Notes: a model not told the origin generated them from the letters alone. Positions 11,794 to 21,250 are shown, counted from the stretch's first letter. The stretch is 53,539 bases of DNA from an uncultured Methyloversatilis sp. (GCA_964653505.1 CAZZFN010000001.1:1-53539), one strand, 5' to 3'. Numbers and translations are program-made.

Positions 11794-12683
11794 CGGCATC
11801 CGTCGACTTTCGCGCCGGCTACCTGGCCATCGTGGGCTGCCCGAATGTGGGCAAATCGACCCTCATGAACCGGCTGGTGGGCGCGCCGCTGAGCATCACC
11901 TCCCGGAAGGCCCAGACCACCCGCCACCGCATCCACGGCATCCTGACCACGGAAGATCGCCAGTATGTGTTCGTCGATACGCCCGGGTTCCAGACGCGGC
12001 ACCGCACCGCGCTCAACCGCGCGATGAACCGCAGCCTGAATGCCGCGCTGGCCGACGTCGATGCCATCCTGTTCGTCATCGAGGGAACCCGCTGGCGGCC
12101 CGAAGATGCGTCCATCCTCGAACGTCTGCCGGCCGGCAAGCCGGTCATTCTGGTCATCAACAAAGTGGATCGCCTGGCCGACAAGACGGCTCTGCTGCCC
12201 TTCCTGGCGGCAGCCGGGGCGCGCCATCCGTTTGCCGAGCTGGTGCCGGTGAGCGCCGAGCGGGGCGACAACCTCGACGCGCTGCTCGCCGCCGCCGGCC
12301 GCCATCTGCCCGTGGCGCCGCCGATTTTCGGGCCCGACGAGCTGACCGACCGCTCCGAGCGTTTTCTCGCTGCCGAGATCCTGCGCGAAAAGCTTTTTCG
12401 CAATCTGGGCGAGGAACTGCCCTACGGCATCGCCGTCGAGATCGAGAAATACGAGGAAGCCGCCGGCGTGCGGCGCATCCATGCGGCGGTGATCGTGGAC
12501 AAGGAAGCGCACAAGGCAATGGTCATCGGCCAGGGCGGCGCACGGCTCAAGCGCATGGCCAGCGACGCCCGCCAGGACATGGAAAAGCTCTTCGGCGGCA
12601 AGGTCTGGCTGGAAACCTGGGTCAAGGTCAAGCGCGGCTGGGCCGACGACGCACGTGCACTGAAAAATCTCGGTTACGAATGA
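11790..12683 (+). CDS. era: GTPase Era
   Basis: [29 protein letters not shown] domain. Confidence 0.97.
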   Translation: MTASVDFRAGYLAIVGCPNVGKSTLMNRLVGAPLSITSRKAQTTRHRIHGILTTEDRQYVFVDTPGFQTRHRTALNRAMNRSLNAALADVDAILFVIEGTRWRPEDASILERLPAGKPVILVINKVDRLADKTALLPFLAAAGARHPFAELVPVSAERGDNLDALLAAAGRHLPVAPPIFGPDELTDRSERFLAAEILREKLFRNLGEELPYGIAVEIEKYEEAAGVRRIHAAVIVDKEAHKAMVIGQGGARLKRMASDARQDMEKLFGGKVWLETWVKVKRGWADDARALKNLGYE

Positions 12684-13399
12684 GTGGTATGCGGCAACGC
12701 ATCGACGGGGCGGCGGCCTTCCTGCTGCACAGCTACGCTTTCAGCGAAACCAGCCTCGTGCTCGAGACCTTCGTCCGCGAACACGGGCGGGTGGCCATGC
12801 TGGCGCGCGGCGCGCGCCGACCGCGCTCGGCCATGCGCGGCGTCCTGCATGGCTTCCAGCCGCTCGAGCTGTCCTGGTTCGGCGGCGGCGAGGTCAAGAC
12901 CCTGGCCCGCGCCGAGTGGCTGGGCGGCATGGCTTTCCCGAGCGGGGAGGGCCTGCTGGTCGGCTATTACCTGAACGAGCTGCTGCTCAAGCTGCTGCCG
13001 CGCGAGGACGCCCACCCGGCGCTGTTCGACGCCTACGCGGCGGCGCTCGGGGGGCTTGCGCGCAGCGCCGCCGACACCGCCGAGCTGCGCCGCTTCGAGA
13101 AGACCCTGCTGCGCGAGCTGGGCTACGGGCTCGTCCTTGACCGGGATGTCGCCGGCCGGCCGGTCGAGGCCGAGCGCGATTACCGTTACCAGATCGAGCG
13201 AGGCGCGGTGTCGGCCGAAGACACGGAATCCGGTCAGCCGGTCAGCGGCGCCACCCTGATCGCCCTGGCGGAGGATAATTACGACGATGCGCGCACGCTG
13301 GCCGAAAGCAAGCAGCTGATGCGCTATCTGATCGGACACCACCTGGGCGGACAGTCTTTGCAGACGCGCCGGGTCTTCATCGAATTGCAGGAGGGGTAA
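12680..13399 (+). CDS. recO: DNA repair protein RecO
   Basis: [34 protein letters not shown]. Confidence 0.95.
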   Translation: MSGMRQRIDGAAAFLLHSYAFSETSLVLETFVREHGRVAMLARGARRPRSAMRGVLHGFQPLELSWFGGGEVKTLARAEWLGGMAFPSGEGLLVGYYLNELLLKLLPREDAHPALFDAYAAALGGLARSAADTAELRRFEKTLLRELGYGLVLDRDVAGRPVEAERDYRYQIERGAVSAEDTESGQPVSGATLIALAEDNYDDARTLAESKQLMRYLIGHHLGGQSLQTRRVFIELQEG

Positions 13400-13406
13400 G
13401 CAAACC

Positions 13407-14147
13407 ATGACGTATCTGGGCGTCAACATCGACCACGTGGCCACGCTGCGCCAGGCGCGCCGCACCTACGAACCCGACCCGCTCTGGGCGGCCGCCGAGG
13501 CGCAGCTGGGCGGGGCGGACTGCATCACCGTGCATCTGCGCGAGGATCGGCGCCACATCGTCGACCGCGATGTGGAGCTGCTGCGCCAAAGCGTGCAGGT
13601 CAAGCTCAACCTCGAAATGGCGGCCACCGACGAGATGGTCGGCATCGCCTGCCGCGTCAAGCCCGAGATGGTCACGCTGGTGCCCGAAGGCCGCCACGAG
13701 GTGACCACCGAAGGCGGTCTCGACGTGGCCGGTCAGGAGGCGCGCCTGAAGGAGATCGTCGCCCGCATGCGGGACGCCGGCATCTATGTCAGCCTCTTCA
13801 TCGACGCCGATCCGCGCCAGATCGAGGCCGCCGCGCGCGTCGGCGCACGGGCCTGCGAGATCCACACCGGTCCTTATGCCCATGCTTTCCACGAGAACGG
13901 GCGCGACATCGAAAGCGCGGCGGCGCAGGCCGAACTCGCGAAAGTCGGCGCTGGCGGGACGGCCATCCACCAGCTCGGCATGCGCTTCAATGCCGGCCAT
14001 GCGCTCAACTACGCCAATGTCGGGCCGATCGCGGCGCTGGCGGGCGTGTGCGAGCTGCACATCGGCCATGCCATCGTCAGCCGCGCCGTTTTCGTCGGCC
14101 TGCGTCAGGCGGTCGCCGAGATGAAAACCCTGATCTGCGCCGCATGA
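13407..14147 (+). CDS. pdxJ: pyridoxine 5'-phosphate synthase
   Basis: [39 protein letters not shown]. Confidence 0.98.
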   Translation: MTYLGVNIDHVATLRQARRTYEPDPLWAAAEAQLGGADCITVHLREDRRHIVDRDVELLRQSVQVKLNLEMAATDEMVGIACRVKPEMVTLVPEGRHEVTTEGGLDVAGQEARLKEIVARMRDAGIYVSLFIDADPRQIEAAARVGARACEIHTGPYAHAFHENGRDIESAAAQAELAKVGAGGTAIHQLGMRFNAGHALNYANVGPIAALAGVCELHIGHAIVSRAVFVGLRQAVAEMKTLICAA

Positions 14148-14521
14148 TCCACGGTGTCGGCACCGATCTCGTCGTCGTCGCGCGCCTGCGCGAGATGTGG
14201 CAACGCCACGGCGAACGGGCGCTCGAGCGGCTGCTCGCGCCGCAAGAGCGCGCCGATGGCCGCGCCAGCCCCGATCCCGGCCGTTTTCTTGCGAAAAGGT
14301 TTGCCGCCAAGGAGGCGCTCGGCAAGGCGTTCGGCACGGGCATTCGCGCGCCGGTGCTGCTGACCGCCATCGCCGTGATCCACGACGCGTCGGGAAAACC
14401 CGCGTTCGCCTTCTCGCCCGCGCTGGAAGCCTGGGTCGCGGCGCAAGGACTCGTCTGCCATCTGTCGCTGAGCGACGAACGCGAGCATGCGCTGGCCTGC
14501 GTGGTGGTGGAGCGGCGGTGA
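14144..14521 (+). CDS. acpS: holo-ACP synthase
   Basis: [30 protein letters not shown]. Confidence 0.96.
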   Translation: MIHGVGTDLVVVARLREMWQRHGERALERLLAPQERADGRASPDPGRFLAKRFAAKEALGKAFGTGIRAPVLLTAIAVIHDASGKPAFAFSPALEAWVAAQGLVCHLSLSDEREHALACVVVERR

Positions 14522-15507
14522 GCCACGGGCCCCTGATGATCGACGTGGCGGGTAGCGCGCTCGCCGGTGCGGAACGCGAACGCCTGCGGGATGCGCGGGT
14601 CGGCGGGGTGATCCTGTTTTCCCGCAACTACCGCGATCCGGCGCAACTGAAAGCCCTGTGCGACGAGATTCACGCCTTGCGCGCGCCCCCCCTGCTGATC
14701 GCCATCGACCACGAGGGTGGTCGCGTGCAGCGTTGTCGGGCGGGTTTTACGACCCTGCCGGCGATGCGCCGATTGGGCGAATGGTGGGATCGCGACCCGG
14801 CGGCGGCATGCGCCGCCGCGCGCGCCATCGGCTGCACGCTGGCAGCGGAGTTGCGCGCCTGCGGCGTCGACCTGTCCTTCACGCCGGTGCTCGATCTCGA
14901 CCACGGCGTCAGCGACGTGATCGGCGACCGAGCTTTTCATCGCGATCCGCAGGCGGTGATCGCGCTGGCCGGCGCACTGATCGACGGCTTGCATGCTGCG
15001 GGCATGGCCTGCTGCGGCAAGCATTTCCCGGGGCATGGCGGGGTGGCCGCCGATTCGCATCGGGCCATTCCGGTCGATGAGCGCAGCTTCGCCGAGCTGG
15101 CCGACGACCTGCTGCCCTATCGGACGCTCAAGCTGGATGCGGTCATGCCCGCGCACGTGATCTTCCCGCAGGTCGATAACCGCCCGGCCGGCTTCTCGCC
15201 GGTGTGGATCGACAAACTGCGCCACGAGTTCGGACACGCCGGCGCGATCTTCAGCGACGATTTGTCGATGGAAGGCGCCAGCGTGGCCGGCGGCATCGTC
15301 GGTCGGGCGCAGGCGGCGTGGGAGGCGGGATGCGACATGCTGCCGGTGTGCAACCGGCCGGAAACGGTGGTGGAGCTGCTGGAAAACTGGTGGCCGGCGC
15401 CGGATCCCATACGCAGCGCGCGCATTGCCGCGTTGCTGCCCTTGTCATCTGAAAACCATGCGTCATCAAACGGATCGAAGGAAACTTGCAGCAGATTTAT
15501 GACTTGA
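14518..15507 (+). CDS. nagZ: beta-N-acetylhexosaminidase (GTG start)
   Basis: GGVILFSRN, DHEGGRVQR, KHFPGHG, DSH, SDDLSM. Confidence 0.95.
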   Translation: MSHGPLMIDVAGSALAGAERERLRDARVGGVILFSRNYRDPAQLKALCDEIHALRAPPLLIAIDHEGGRVQRCRAGFTTLPAMRRLGEWWDRDPAAACAAARAIGCTLAAELRACGVDLSFTPVLDLDHGVSDVIGDRAFHRDPQAVIALAGALIDGLHAAGMACCGKHFPGHGGVAADSHRAIPVDERSFAELADDLLPYRTLKLDAVMPAHVIFPQVDNRPAGFSPVWIDKLRHEFGHAGAIFSDDLSMEGASVAGGIVGRAQAAWEAGCDMLPVCNRPETVVELLENWWPAPDPIRSARIAALLPLSSENHASSNGSKETCSRFMT

Positions 15508-15566
15508 CTCGAACCGAAGCGGGATGAAGGAAAGGTTGTGCCGATCAAGAGCGCTGCTTGAATGTT

Positions 15567-15613
15567 TTGCATTCATCCGAATTCGTGTTACATTGTATAA
15601 ACGCGTATCTACA
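15567..15613 (+). promoter_or_regulatory. putative TA promoter with operator palindrome
   Basis: TTGCAT...TGnTACATT; imperfect palindrome TGTATAAACGCGTATCTACA at 15594-15613. Confidence 0.5.
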
Positions 15614-15625
15614 TAAGGATTCATC

Positions 15626-15874
15626 GTGAGACTGCAATTGGCGAAATGGGGTAACAGTCTGGCGGTGCGCTTGCCGATGGAGTGCATCCGCGCAGCAGGT
15701 TTGCGCGAAGGGGATGCCGTCGAGGCGGAAGTGACGCCGGTCGGCGAAATCAAGCTGACCCCTACTCATGCGTTCGATAAGGCGGCTTTTCTCGAGCGGG
15801 TGAGAAAACTGCGCGCCGGCATGCCGATAACCACGGCCACCGCGCAAGTCTTGCGCGAAGAGGAGCGTTACTGA
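15626..15874 (+). CDS. AbrB/MazE-family antitoxin
   Basis: LAKWGNSLAVRLP AbrB fold; translationally coupled to the PIN toxin. Confidence 0.92.
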   Translation: MRLQLAKWGNSLAVRLPMECIRAAGLREGDAVEAEVTPVGEIKLTPTHAFDKAAFLERVRKLRAGMPITTATAQVLREEERY

Positions 15875-16296
15875 TGATCTACCTCGATACCAGCGCCGTC
15901 GTTCCGCTGTTCGTGCGGGAGTCGGCGAGCGATGCGGTCGATGCCTGGCTGGAATCCTGTTCCGAATCGCTGGTGTCTTCCGACTGGCTGACGACGGAAT
16001 TCGCCAGTGCGCTATCGATCAAGGTGCGACGCGGCGAGCTCAATGCCACGCAGGCATCCGCCGTCTGGAAGGATTTCGGGGACTTCTGCGCTTCCGGCCT
16101 GCGTCTTCTTCCGGTCGGCAGATCGGCATTCGCGGAAGCGGCGAAGCTGACGAGGGATGCCGGCAGCGGACTGCGCGCAGGGGACTCCCTGCATATGGCT
16201 GTGGCACTGGATGCAGGAGTCAAGGCGCTGGCGACTGCCGACGAGGTTTTGGCACGCAACGCGACGGCGAAGGGATTGAGCGTGACGAGGCTTTGA
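15874..16296 (+). CDS. vapC: VapC-family PIN-domain toxin
   Basis: MIYLDTSAVV, TEFASAL, LRAGDSLH, LATADEVL. Confidence 0.92.
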   Translation: MIYLDTSAVVPLFVRESASDAVDAWLESCSESLVSSDWLTTEFASALSIKVRRGELNATQASAVWKDFGDFCASGLRLLPVGRSAFAEAAKLTRDAGSGLRAGDSLHMAVALDAGVKALATADEVLARNATAKGLSVTRL

Positions 16297-16425
16297 AACC
16301 GTACCCCGGCGGTTCCGTTACGCTTAACCCGGAGCTGGATACCGTCATAAATATGCAGTCGACCGCCAAAAACTCACGGGCCCTGGCCGCATGATTCAGG
16401 CGACAATCATCTCGACATGCATCGC

Positions 16426-16437
16426 TACTTGACGCGG
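16426..16437 (+). repeat. att core, left junction (displaced efp 3' end)
   Basis: TACTTGACGCGG, identical to 35053-35064. Confidence 0.9.
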
Positions 16438-16459
16438 GTAATTAACTGGACTCCGCCTT

Positions 16460-16604
16460 GGTTCGCTTTGTTCCTCAAAAGCCCTCATATATCGAGGATT
16501 AGCGGCATTCTCGGTTCGCTTTGGTTCGCTTAGGTTCATTTACATCCGGGCAAAAAGTGGGTATCTTTGCGGGTATCGTCAATCGATTCCTATCGAATAC
16601 CCAT
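16460..16604. promoter_or_regulatory. left att arm: putative RDF/accessory and integrase arm-binding sites
   Basis: GGTTCGCT at 16460, 16513, 16523 and GGTTCATT at 16533 (10-bp period); GTGGGTATC 16557, GCGGGTATC 16569, inverted copy ~16595. Confidence 0.7.
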
Positions 16605-17931
16605 GCTGACCGACGCGCGCATTCGCAATGCCAAGCCCAAGGACAAGCCCTACAAGCTGGCGGACGCCAAGGGGCTGTACCTTGAGGTCAAGCCCACCGG
16701 CTCGAAGCTGTGGCGCTATCGCTACCGGATCGCCGGCAAGGAGAACGTGTTCGCGGCTGGCGAGTATTGCCCGCCGCCAGACCTTGAGAGCCCCGACCAG
16801 GCCGCCGCCCGGCGCCTGAGCGGCAGGCTGACCCTTGCCGAGGCTCGGATCGGCCGGGAGGAATGGCGCGGCCTGGTGAAGCGCAGCATTCATCCTGCCC
16901 ACCAGCGGAAGATCGAGCAGACCCGGCAAGCCAACGAGTCGCGCAACACCTTCGAGGCGGTTCTGCATGACTGGATCGCTACGCGCCATTGGGCCGAAAG
17001 CAGCAAAGCCAACCGGATGTCTCAGATCGAGAACCACCTGTTGCCGGTCTTCGGGGCGTTACCGATCCGCCAGATTACGTCCAGCCAGATACTCGACTTC
17101 CTGCGTGGTGTAGAGAAAACACGGAAGGATGCCGGGCCAAGGAAAAGAGGGAAGGGCGCGACCATCGTCGGCGGCGGTTCCGTGGTGCTGCGCCTGCGTC
17201 AGATCATTTCCGGCGTGTTCGATCATGCGATTGCCACCCTGCGGGCAGACAGCAACCCGGCCGCGCCCATGAGGGGCGCTTTCAAGATACCCAAGACGGT
17301 GCACAAGGTTCCGCTGACACGGGAGCAGATCGGCCAACTGCTGCGGGCGCTGGATGCTTACCCCGGCCAGTTCCAGACGGCCGCCGCCCTGACATTGCTC
17401 TGGCACACCCTGGTCAGGCCCGGTGAGATGGCGGGCGCCTGGTGGAGCGAGTTCGACCTCGATGCCGCGACCTGGACAATTCCTGCGGCCCGGATGAAGG
17501 GGCGCGAAGAGCATGTACTGCCGCTACCGGTGCAGGCCGTCGAGATTCTGCGGAAGCTGTACGCGGTCACAGGGCCAGCCGAGGGGGATGGGATAGATCG
17601 CCCGCTATTCCCCCATCGGAACCACCGAGACCAGCCGATGACCACCCCGACCCTGAATGCCGGCATTACCCGGATGAAGCTGGATTTCGCGCATAGCCCG
17701 CATGCCGCACGGACGACGGGAAGCACACTGCTAAACGAGATGAACTACCGCCCCGATGTGATTGAACGGCAACTGGCGCACCAGGAGCGCAACGCAGTCC
17801 GCCGAGCCTACAACCGGGCGAGCTACATGGACGAGCGCAGGGTGATGATGCAGCAGTGGGCTGACATGCTTGACGAACTGAAGCGGGGCGAAGGGAAGGT
17901 TGTGCCCATCGGCAGAGGGAAAGCAGCGTGA
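16603..17931 (+). CDS. P4-like tyrosine integrase with Arm-DNA-binding domain
   Basis: MLTDARIRNAKPKDKPYKLADAKGLYL; catalytic R (VRPGE), HAAR, LAH, AYNRA. Confidence 0.96.
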   Translation: MLTDARIRNAKPKDKPYKLADAKGLYLEVKPTGSKLWRYRYRIAGKENVFAAGEYCPPPDLESPDQAAARRLSGRLTLAEARIGREEWRGLVKRSIHPAHQRKIEQTRQANESRNTFEAVLHDWIATRHWAESSKANRMSQIENHLLPVFGALPIRQITSSQILDFLRGVEKTRKDAGPRKRGKGATIVGGGSVVLRLRQIISGVFDHAIATLRADSNPAAPMRGAFKIPKTVHKVPLTREQIGQLLRALDAYPGQFQTAAALTLLWHTLVRPGEMAGAWWSEFDLDAATWTIPAARMKGREEHVLPLPVQAVEILRKLYAVTGPAEGDGIDRPLFPHRNHRDQPMTTPTLNAGITRMKLDFAHSPHAARTTGSTLLNEMNYRPDVIERQLAHQERNAVRRAYNRASYMDERRVMMQQWADMLDELKRGEGKVVPIGRGKAA

Positions 17932-18111
17932 AAGCACTGCGAAACCTCCCCATTCTTTCCCCATTCCCGCCACGACAAGCTGGCGCGGAGTGGGCAAGAT
18001 GAGTATCACCGCTGCCTGACGGAATCAGGCAAAGCGGCCGGCAAGGTGTTCTCAGCACCGAACCGGCCTGACCGCAGCACTTGCTGCACTTCGTGACAAG
18101 GAGCAAGAACC

Positions 18112-18345
18112 ATGGCTGAACAAGAGAATACCAGCACCAGCAGCACCGCCAGCACCATCACCACAAGAGACAAGCGCGAAGGCCGCTCCGCAGAAATTAC
18201 CCGCTTGCTTGGTGTTATGGATGAAATTGGGTTGAGCGTGGTACTCGACAAGGCCAGAGACATCGCCAAGCAATATCCTCGCGATAAGGCGCTTGGCGAA
18301 GTAATTCGGTTTCCCCGACAAGGCGGTGCATCATGCCCGGCCTGA
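18112..18345 (+). CDS. hypothetical protein
   Basis: GGAG RBS; 77-aa ORF overlapping the next ORF. Confidence 0.6.
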   Translation: MAEQENTSTSSTASTITTRDKREGRSAEITRLLGVMDEIGLSVVLDKARDIAKQYPRDKALGEVIRFPRQGGASCPA

Positions 18346-18656
18346 CCCTTCAACCCATCGCCCCGATGCAGAACTACACCCTCGGCGGCGCGCAGTTCTA
18401 CGGCTCGGACGGCAAGCTCTACAGCGTTCGCGCGGATCCCAGCAGCTTCCGCGAGACACCCATCGAGTTTTACATCAGTCACGGCTGCCAGCGCTTCATG
18501 CTCGACATGCCCATCGAGGACGCTGAAGCGCTGATCGCCTGCCTGACGAATGCGCTCCGCCTGCGCCGGGAAGCCGAGGCCATAGCAAAGGCCACCGCAA
18601 CCCGGCAGGCGCGGGCGCATTTCATGGACTCGGATGGACTATTGGAGGCAGCATGA
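18333..18656 (+). CDS. hypothetical protein
   Basis: 107-aa ORF with GC-rich third positions, coupled to neighbours. Confidence 0.7.
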   Translation: MPGLTLQPIAPMQNYTLGGAQFYGSDGKLYSVRADPSSFRETPIEFYISHGCQRFMLDMPIEDAEALIACLTNALRLRREAEAIAKATATRQARAHFMDSDGLLEAA

Positions 18657-18817
18657 GTACCAGCATCACCCGGCTGCCAATGGCCCAGCGCGTTCTGTGG
18701 AAGCAGGAGGACGCACTGCTTGAGGCGTTTCGCAAGTTGGCGCCCGCCGAGCGGTACAAGCTGATTCGGCGGGCACGACTGCGGCGAAGTTGGCGGATTG
18801 GCCCGCCTCGTAACTGA
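18653..18817 (+). CDS. small hypothetical protein (54 aa, absent from ORF track)
   Basis: GGAGG RBS, ATGA overlap; MSTSITRLPMAQRVLWKQEDALLEAFRKLAPAERYKLIRRAR; ends just before the terminator. Confidence 0.65.
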   Translation: MSTSITRLPMAQRVLWKQEDALLEAFRKLAPAERYKLIRRARLRRSWRIGPPRN

Positions 18818-18822
18818 TATCG

Positions 18823-18848
18823 CCCCGGCTTCGGCCGGGGTTTTTTTT
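18823..18848 (+). terminator. rho-independent terminator
   Basis: CCCCGGC-TTCG-GCCGGGG-T8. Confidence 0.93.
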
Positions 18849-18849
18849 C

Positions 18850-18878
18850 TTGAATGAAGCCCCCTTTTAGGGTAATCT
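18850..18878 (+). promoter_or_regulatory. mqsRA sigma-70 promoter with MqsA-type operator
   Basis: TTGAAT-17 bp-TAATCT; palindrome CCCT-TTT-AGGG (18862-18872) resembles the E. coli MqsA operator AACCT-N3-AGGTT. Confidence 0.75.
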
Positions 18879-18885
18879 AACGGAC

Positions 18886-19185
18886 ATGGAAAAGCGCTCC
18901 CCGCACTACCCGCTCGCCAAGATTCAGGAGCAGATGACGACGGTTGAGGAAATGAACCTGACGTTCTCAGCGCAGGATGGTATTCGCGCGGCGGGCATGG
19001 GTAAGGCGGATGCGCTTGACGTGGTGCGGGGGCTGACCCGTGCCGAGTTCTACAAGAGCATGACCACGAACAAGGATCATCGGGTCTGGCAGGACGTGTA
19101 TCACGCCGAGTGGCGCGGCAAGCCGCTCTATGTGAAGTTCCAGCAGGCCGGCGAATACTTCATCGTGTCGTTCAAGGAGTTGTGA
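18886..19185 (+). CDS. mqsR: MqsR mRNA interferase toxin
   Basis: MEKRSPHYPL, FYKSMTT..DHRVWQDVYH, IVSFKEL. Confidence 0.96.
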   Translation: MEKRSPHYPLAKIQEQMTTVEEMNLTFSAQDGIRAAGMGKADALDVVRGLTRAEFYKSMTTNKDHRVWQDVYHAEWRGKPLYVKFQQAGEYFIVSFKEL

Positions 19186-19186
19186 G

Positions 19187-19594
19187 ATGGCATCGAAATG
19201 GCATGGAAAGCAGTGCCCCCTCTGCAACGAGGGAACCCTGCGCGACGGAAAGATCAAGCGGCAGCTTGAGTATCGTGGCCGGGTTTTCGAATCGACGGTG
19301 AAGGGGGCATTCTGCAACCACTGTGCGGATGGCTTCCCCGAACGCGACGAGCGCGACGAGGCAGCATGGCTCGCGTTCCGCGACAGCGTTGATGCCGAGG
19401 AAATGGCCGAACTGGCGCGCATCCGCAAGAAGCTGGGCCTGACCCAGCAGGAAGCCGCGAGACTGGCCGGCGGCGGCAAGAACGCATTCTCTCGCTACGA
19501 GCGTGGCCAGGCGAAACCCGTGGCGGCCGTGGTCAATCTGTTCCGCTTGCTGGATCGTCATCCCGATCTGCTGCGGGAACTGGAAGCCGGCTGA
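19187..19594 (+). CDS. mqsA: MqsA antitoxin (Zn finger plus HTH)
   Basis: CPLC...CNHC; RIRKKLGLTQQEAARLAGGGKNAFSRYERG; LDRHPDLLREL. Confidence 0.96.
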   Translation: MASKWHGKQCPLCNEGTLRDGKIKRQLEYRGRVFESTVKGAFCNHCADGFPERDERDEAAWLAFRDSVDAEEMAELARIRKKLGLTQQEAARLAGGGKNAFSRYERGQAKPVAAVVNLFRLLDRHPDLLRELEAG

Positions 19595-19612
19595 GGAACT
19601 GGCGGCGGCGTG

Positions 19613-20173
19613 ATGGTGCAACATGATGCAGATGGCCTGTGGGACGATGAGTCCCGGAGGCGCTTCATGGATGACTACTCGGGCGATCTATTGAAGGTCG
19701 CCGGACGAGAGGTGGCTGGCAGTAACGCGCAAACCCCGCAGGATGCAGCGAGCGAGTTGATCGACATCGCCGTTGAAGTGCTGGCAAAGTCGGGATGCGT
19801 GCTGCCAGAGCCGATCAGAGATTACCTTTATCAGTCGCTTTGCGACATCCAGGACGGCAAACCCGCCGACGTGGCGCTAGGCATCAAGGTAACGGCTGGC
19901 CGCAAGCCTCTCGAAGATTCGTTCGTGACGACGATCATCGCCGCCTACGCTCTCGGAATCCGACGCGGCCAGGCGCCAGCGGACGCGAAGCGAGCCGTCT
20001 TGTCGCAGGTCGAAACCATCCATGACGGCGGACGGACAATGGACTGGATCGACGATTTGCTGTCCAAGCATCCCGACAAACTCGATGCGGCCGCGACCAT
20101 GTCCGACGAGGAACTGGCGGCCGCTGGCGACTTTGATACCTGTTGTAAGCCGGAATCAAATAGCCGGAATTGA
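19613..20173 (+). CDS. hypothetical protein upstream of alpA
   Basis: ~186-aa acidic ORF; no recognised family. Confidence 0.65.
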   Translation: MVQHDADGLWDDESRRRFMDDYSGDLLKVAGREVAGSNAQTPQDAASELIDIAVEVLAKSGCVLPEPIRDYLYQSLCDIQDGKPADVALGIKVTAGRKPLEDSFVTTIIAAYALGIRRGQAPADAKRAVLSQVETIHDGGRTMDWIDDLLSKHPDKLDAAATMSDEELAAAGDFDTCCKPESNSRN

Positions 20174-20248
20174 TTCCCCTGTTCTTGGGGAGTCAGTAAA
20201 TAGTCTTCGCACCAAGCCGGATTTATCCGGGGCAACTTGGAGCGAAAC

Positions 20249-20518
20249 ATGCACCCAACAATTCCGCCTGGAGCAGTATTGCTCACCTACGCCCAAGCTA
20301 GGGCGCGGCTCGGGCATGAAGGCAAATCCACTTTTCATGATCGACTGAAACGCGACCCAACGTTTCCTCGCCCGGTCTATCTGTCCGAGCGCGAGCCTCG
20401 GATTTTCGAGCACGAGCTAGATCGCTGGATGGCTGACTTGGCCGCTTCGCGCGACGAGAAGTCGGCGCTGGCGAGACGGCAGCTGAAGAACCAGGAGGCC
20501 GATCATGCACCGGCCTGA
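20249..20518 (+). CDS. AlpA-family regulator/excisionase
   Basis: GKSTFHDRLKRDPTFPRPVYLSERE..IFEHELDRWM. Confidence 0.85.
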   Translation: MHPTIPPGAVLLTYAQARARLGHEGKSTFHDRLKRDPTFPRPVYLSEREPRIFEHELDRWMADLAASRDEKSALARRQLKNQEADHAPA

Positions 20519-20684
20519 TCCCATAAAAGACAAAGCCGGCATGCGGGCCGGCTATGTCGGTGAAGCGGAAATTCAGAGGGGACTGAACAAGGCGGATTTT
20601 GCGCCGCATTGTCCGACCATCGCCCAGCGCCGTGCCGATTCGATCCGCTTGCAGGCCCTCGGCCAGCAGATCGGGGGTGCATAG
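20505..20684 (+). CDS. small hypothetical protein (59 aa, absent from ORF track)
   Basis: AGGAGG RBS; MHRPDPIKDKAGMRAG...; its TAG overlaps the GTG of the rep gene. Confidence 0.55.
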   Translation: MHRPDPIKDKAGMRAGYVGEAEIQRGLNKADFAPHCPTIAQRRADSIRLQALGQQIGGA

Positions 20685-21250
20685 TGGCCCACTATCGCAA
20701 AGTCGACGTGCGCATCTGGAACGATGCCAAGTTCAACAGCTTGTCGCACCTCGGCAAGCTCGCGTTCCTGCTTCTGATAACACACCCAGGCATGACGATG
20801 CTGGGGGCAATGCGCGCGACACCGGAAGGGCTCTCGGCTGAACTGAAAGCCTCTCCCGAAGCCTTCCGGGAAGCCTTCGGGGAAGTCTTGTCGAAAGGTC
20901 TCGCGGAGTATGACGCTGAGGCTTCCTGTATCTGGCTCCCGAACTTCCTCAAGTACCAGTCGGCGGAGTCTCCGAACGTCATTCGGAACTGGGTTTTGCA
21001 GGTCGAATTCATACCCGAGTGCAGCCTTAAAACCCTTGCCGTTGCTGGGCTTCAGGCATACGTGGAAGGCTTGAACGAAGCCTTCGCCAAAGCCTTCCGG
21101 GAAGCCTTCGCCAAAGCCTTCCCGGAATCAGTAAGCAGTAAGCAGTTAGCAGTAAGTAAGTCAAAACCCCCTAGCCAAGAGAGGGAGGTAACTACGGAGA
21201 GAGGTAGACCCGGCGCCGCCGCAGAAAAAAATCCGGGGGGTGGAAAATGA
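20684..21250 (+). CDS. phage-type replication initiator (replisome-organizer-like)
   Basis: GTG start; HYRKVDVRIWNDAKF..LSHLGKLAFLLLITHP..IWLPNFLKYQ; contains tandem repeats; precedes helicase and primase. Confidence 0.72.
   Translation: MAHYRKVDVRIWNDAKFNSLSHLGKLAFLLLITHPGMTMLGAMRATPEGLSAELKASPEAFREAFGEVLSKGLAEYDAEASCIWLPNFLKYQSAESPNVIRNWVLQVEFIPECSLKTLAVAGLQAYVEGLNEAFAKAFREAFAKAFPESVSSKQLAVSKSKPPSQEREVTTERGRPGAAAEKNPGGGK
20846..21160 (+). repeat. iteron-like 12-bp arrays plus 7-bp A/T-richer array (putative origin)
   Basis: (G/A)AAGCCTTCxxx at 20846-20893 and 21065-21124; CAGTAAG-type unit x4 at 21129-21156. Confidence 0.75.

Noticed and set aside
15501..15512. GACTTGACTCGA at the nagZ stop, 9/12 match to the att core
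   Set aside because: Too short and degenerate to call a relic att site; no arm sites nearby.
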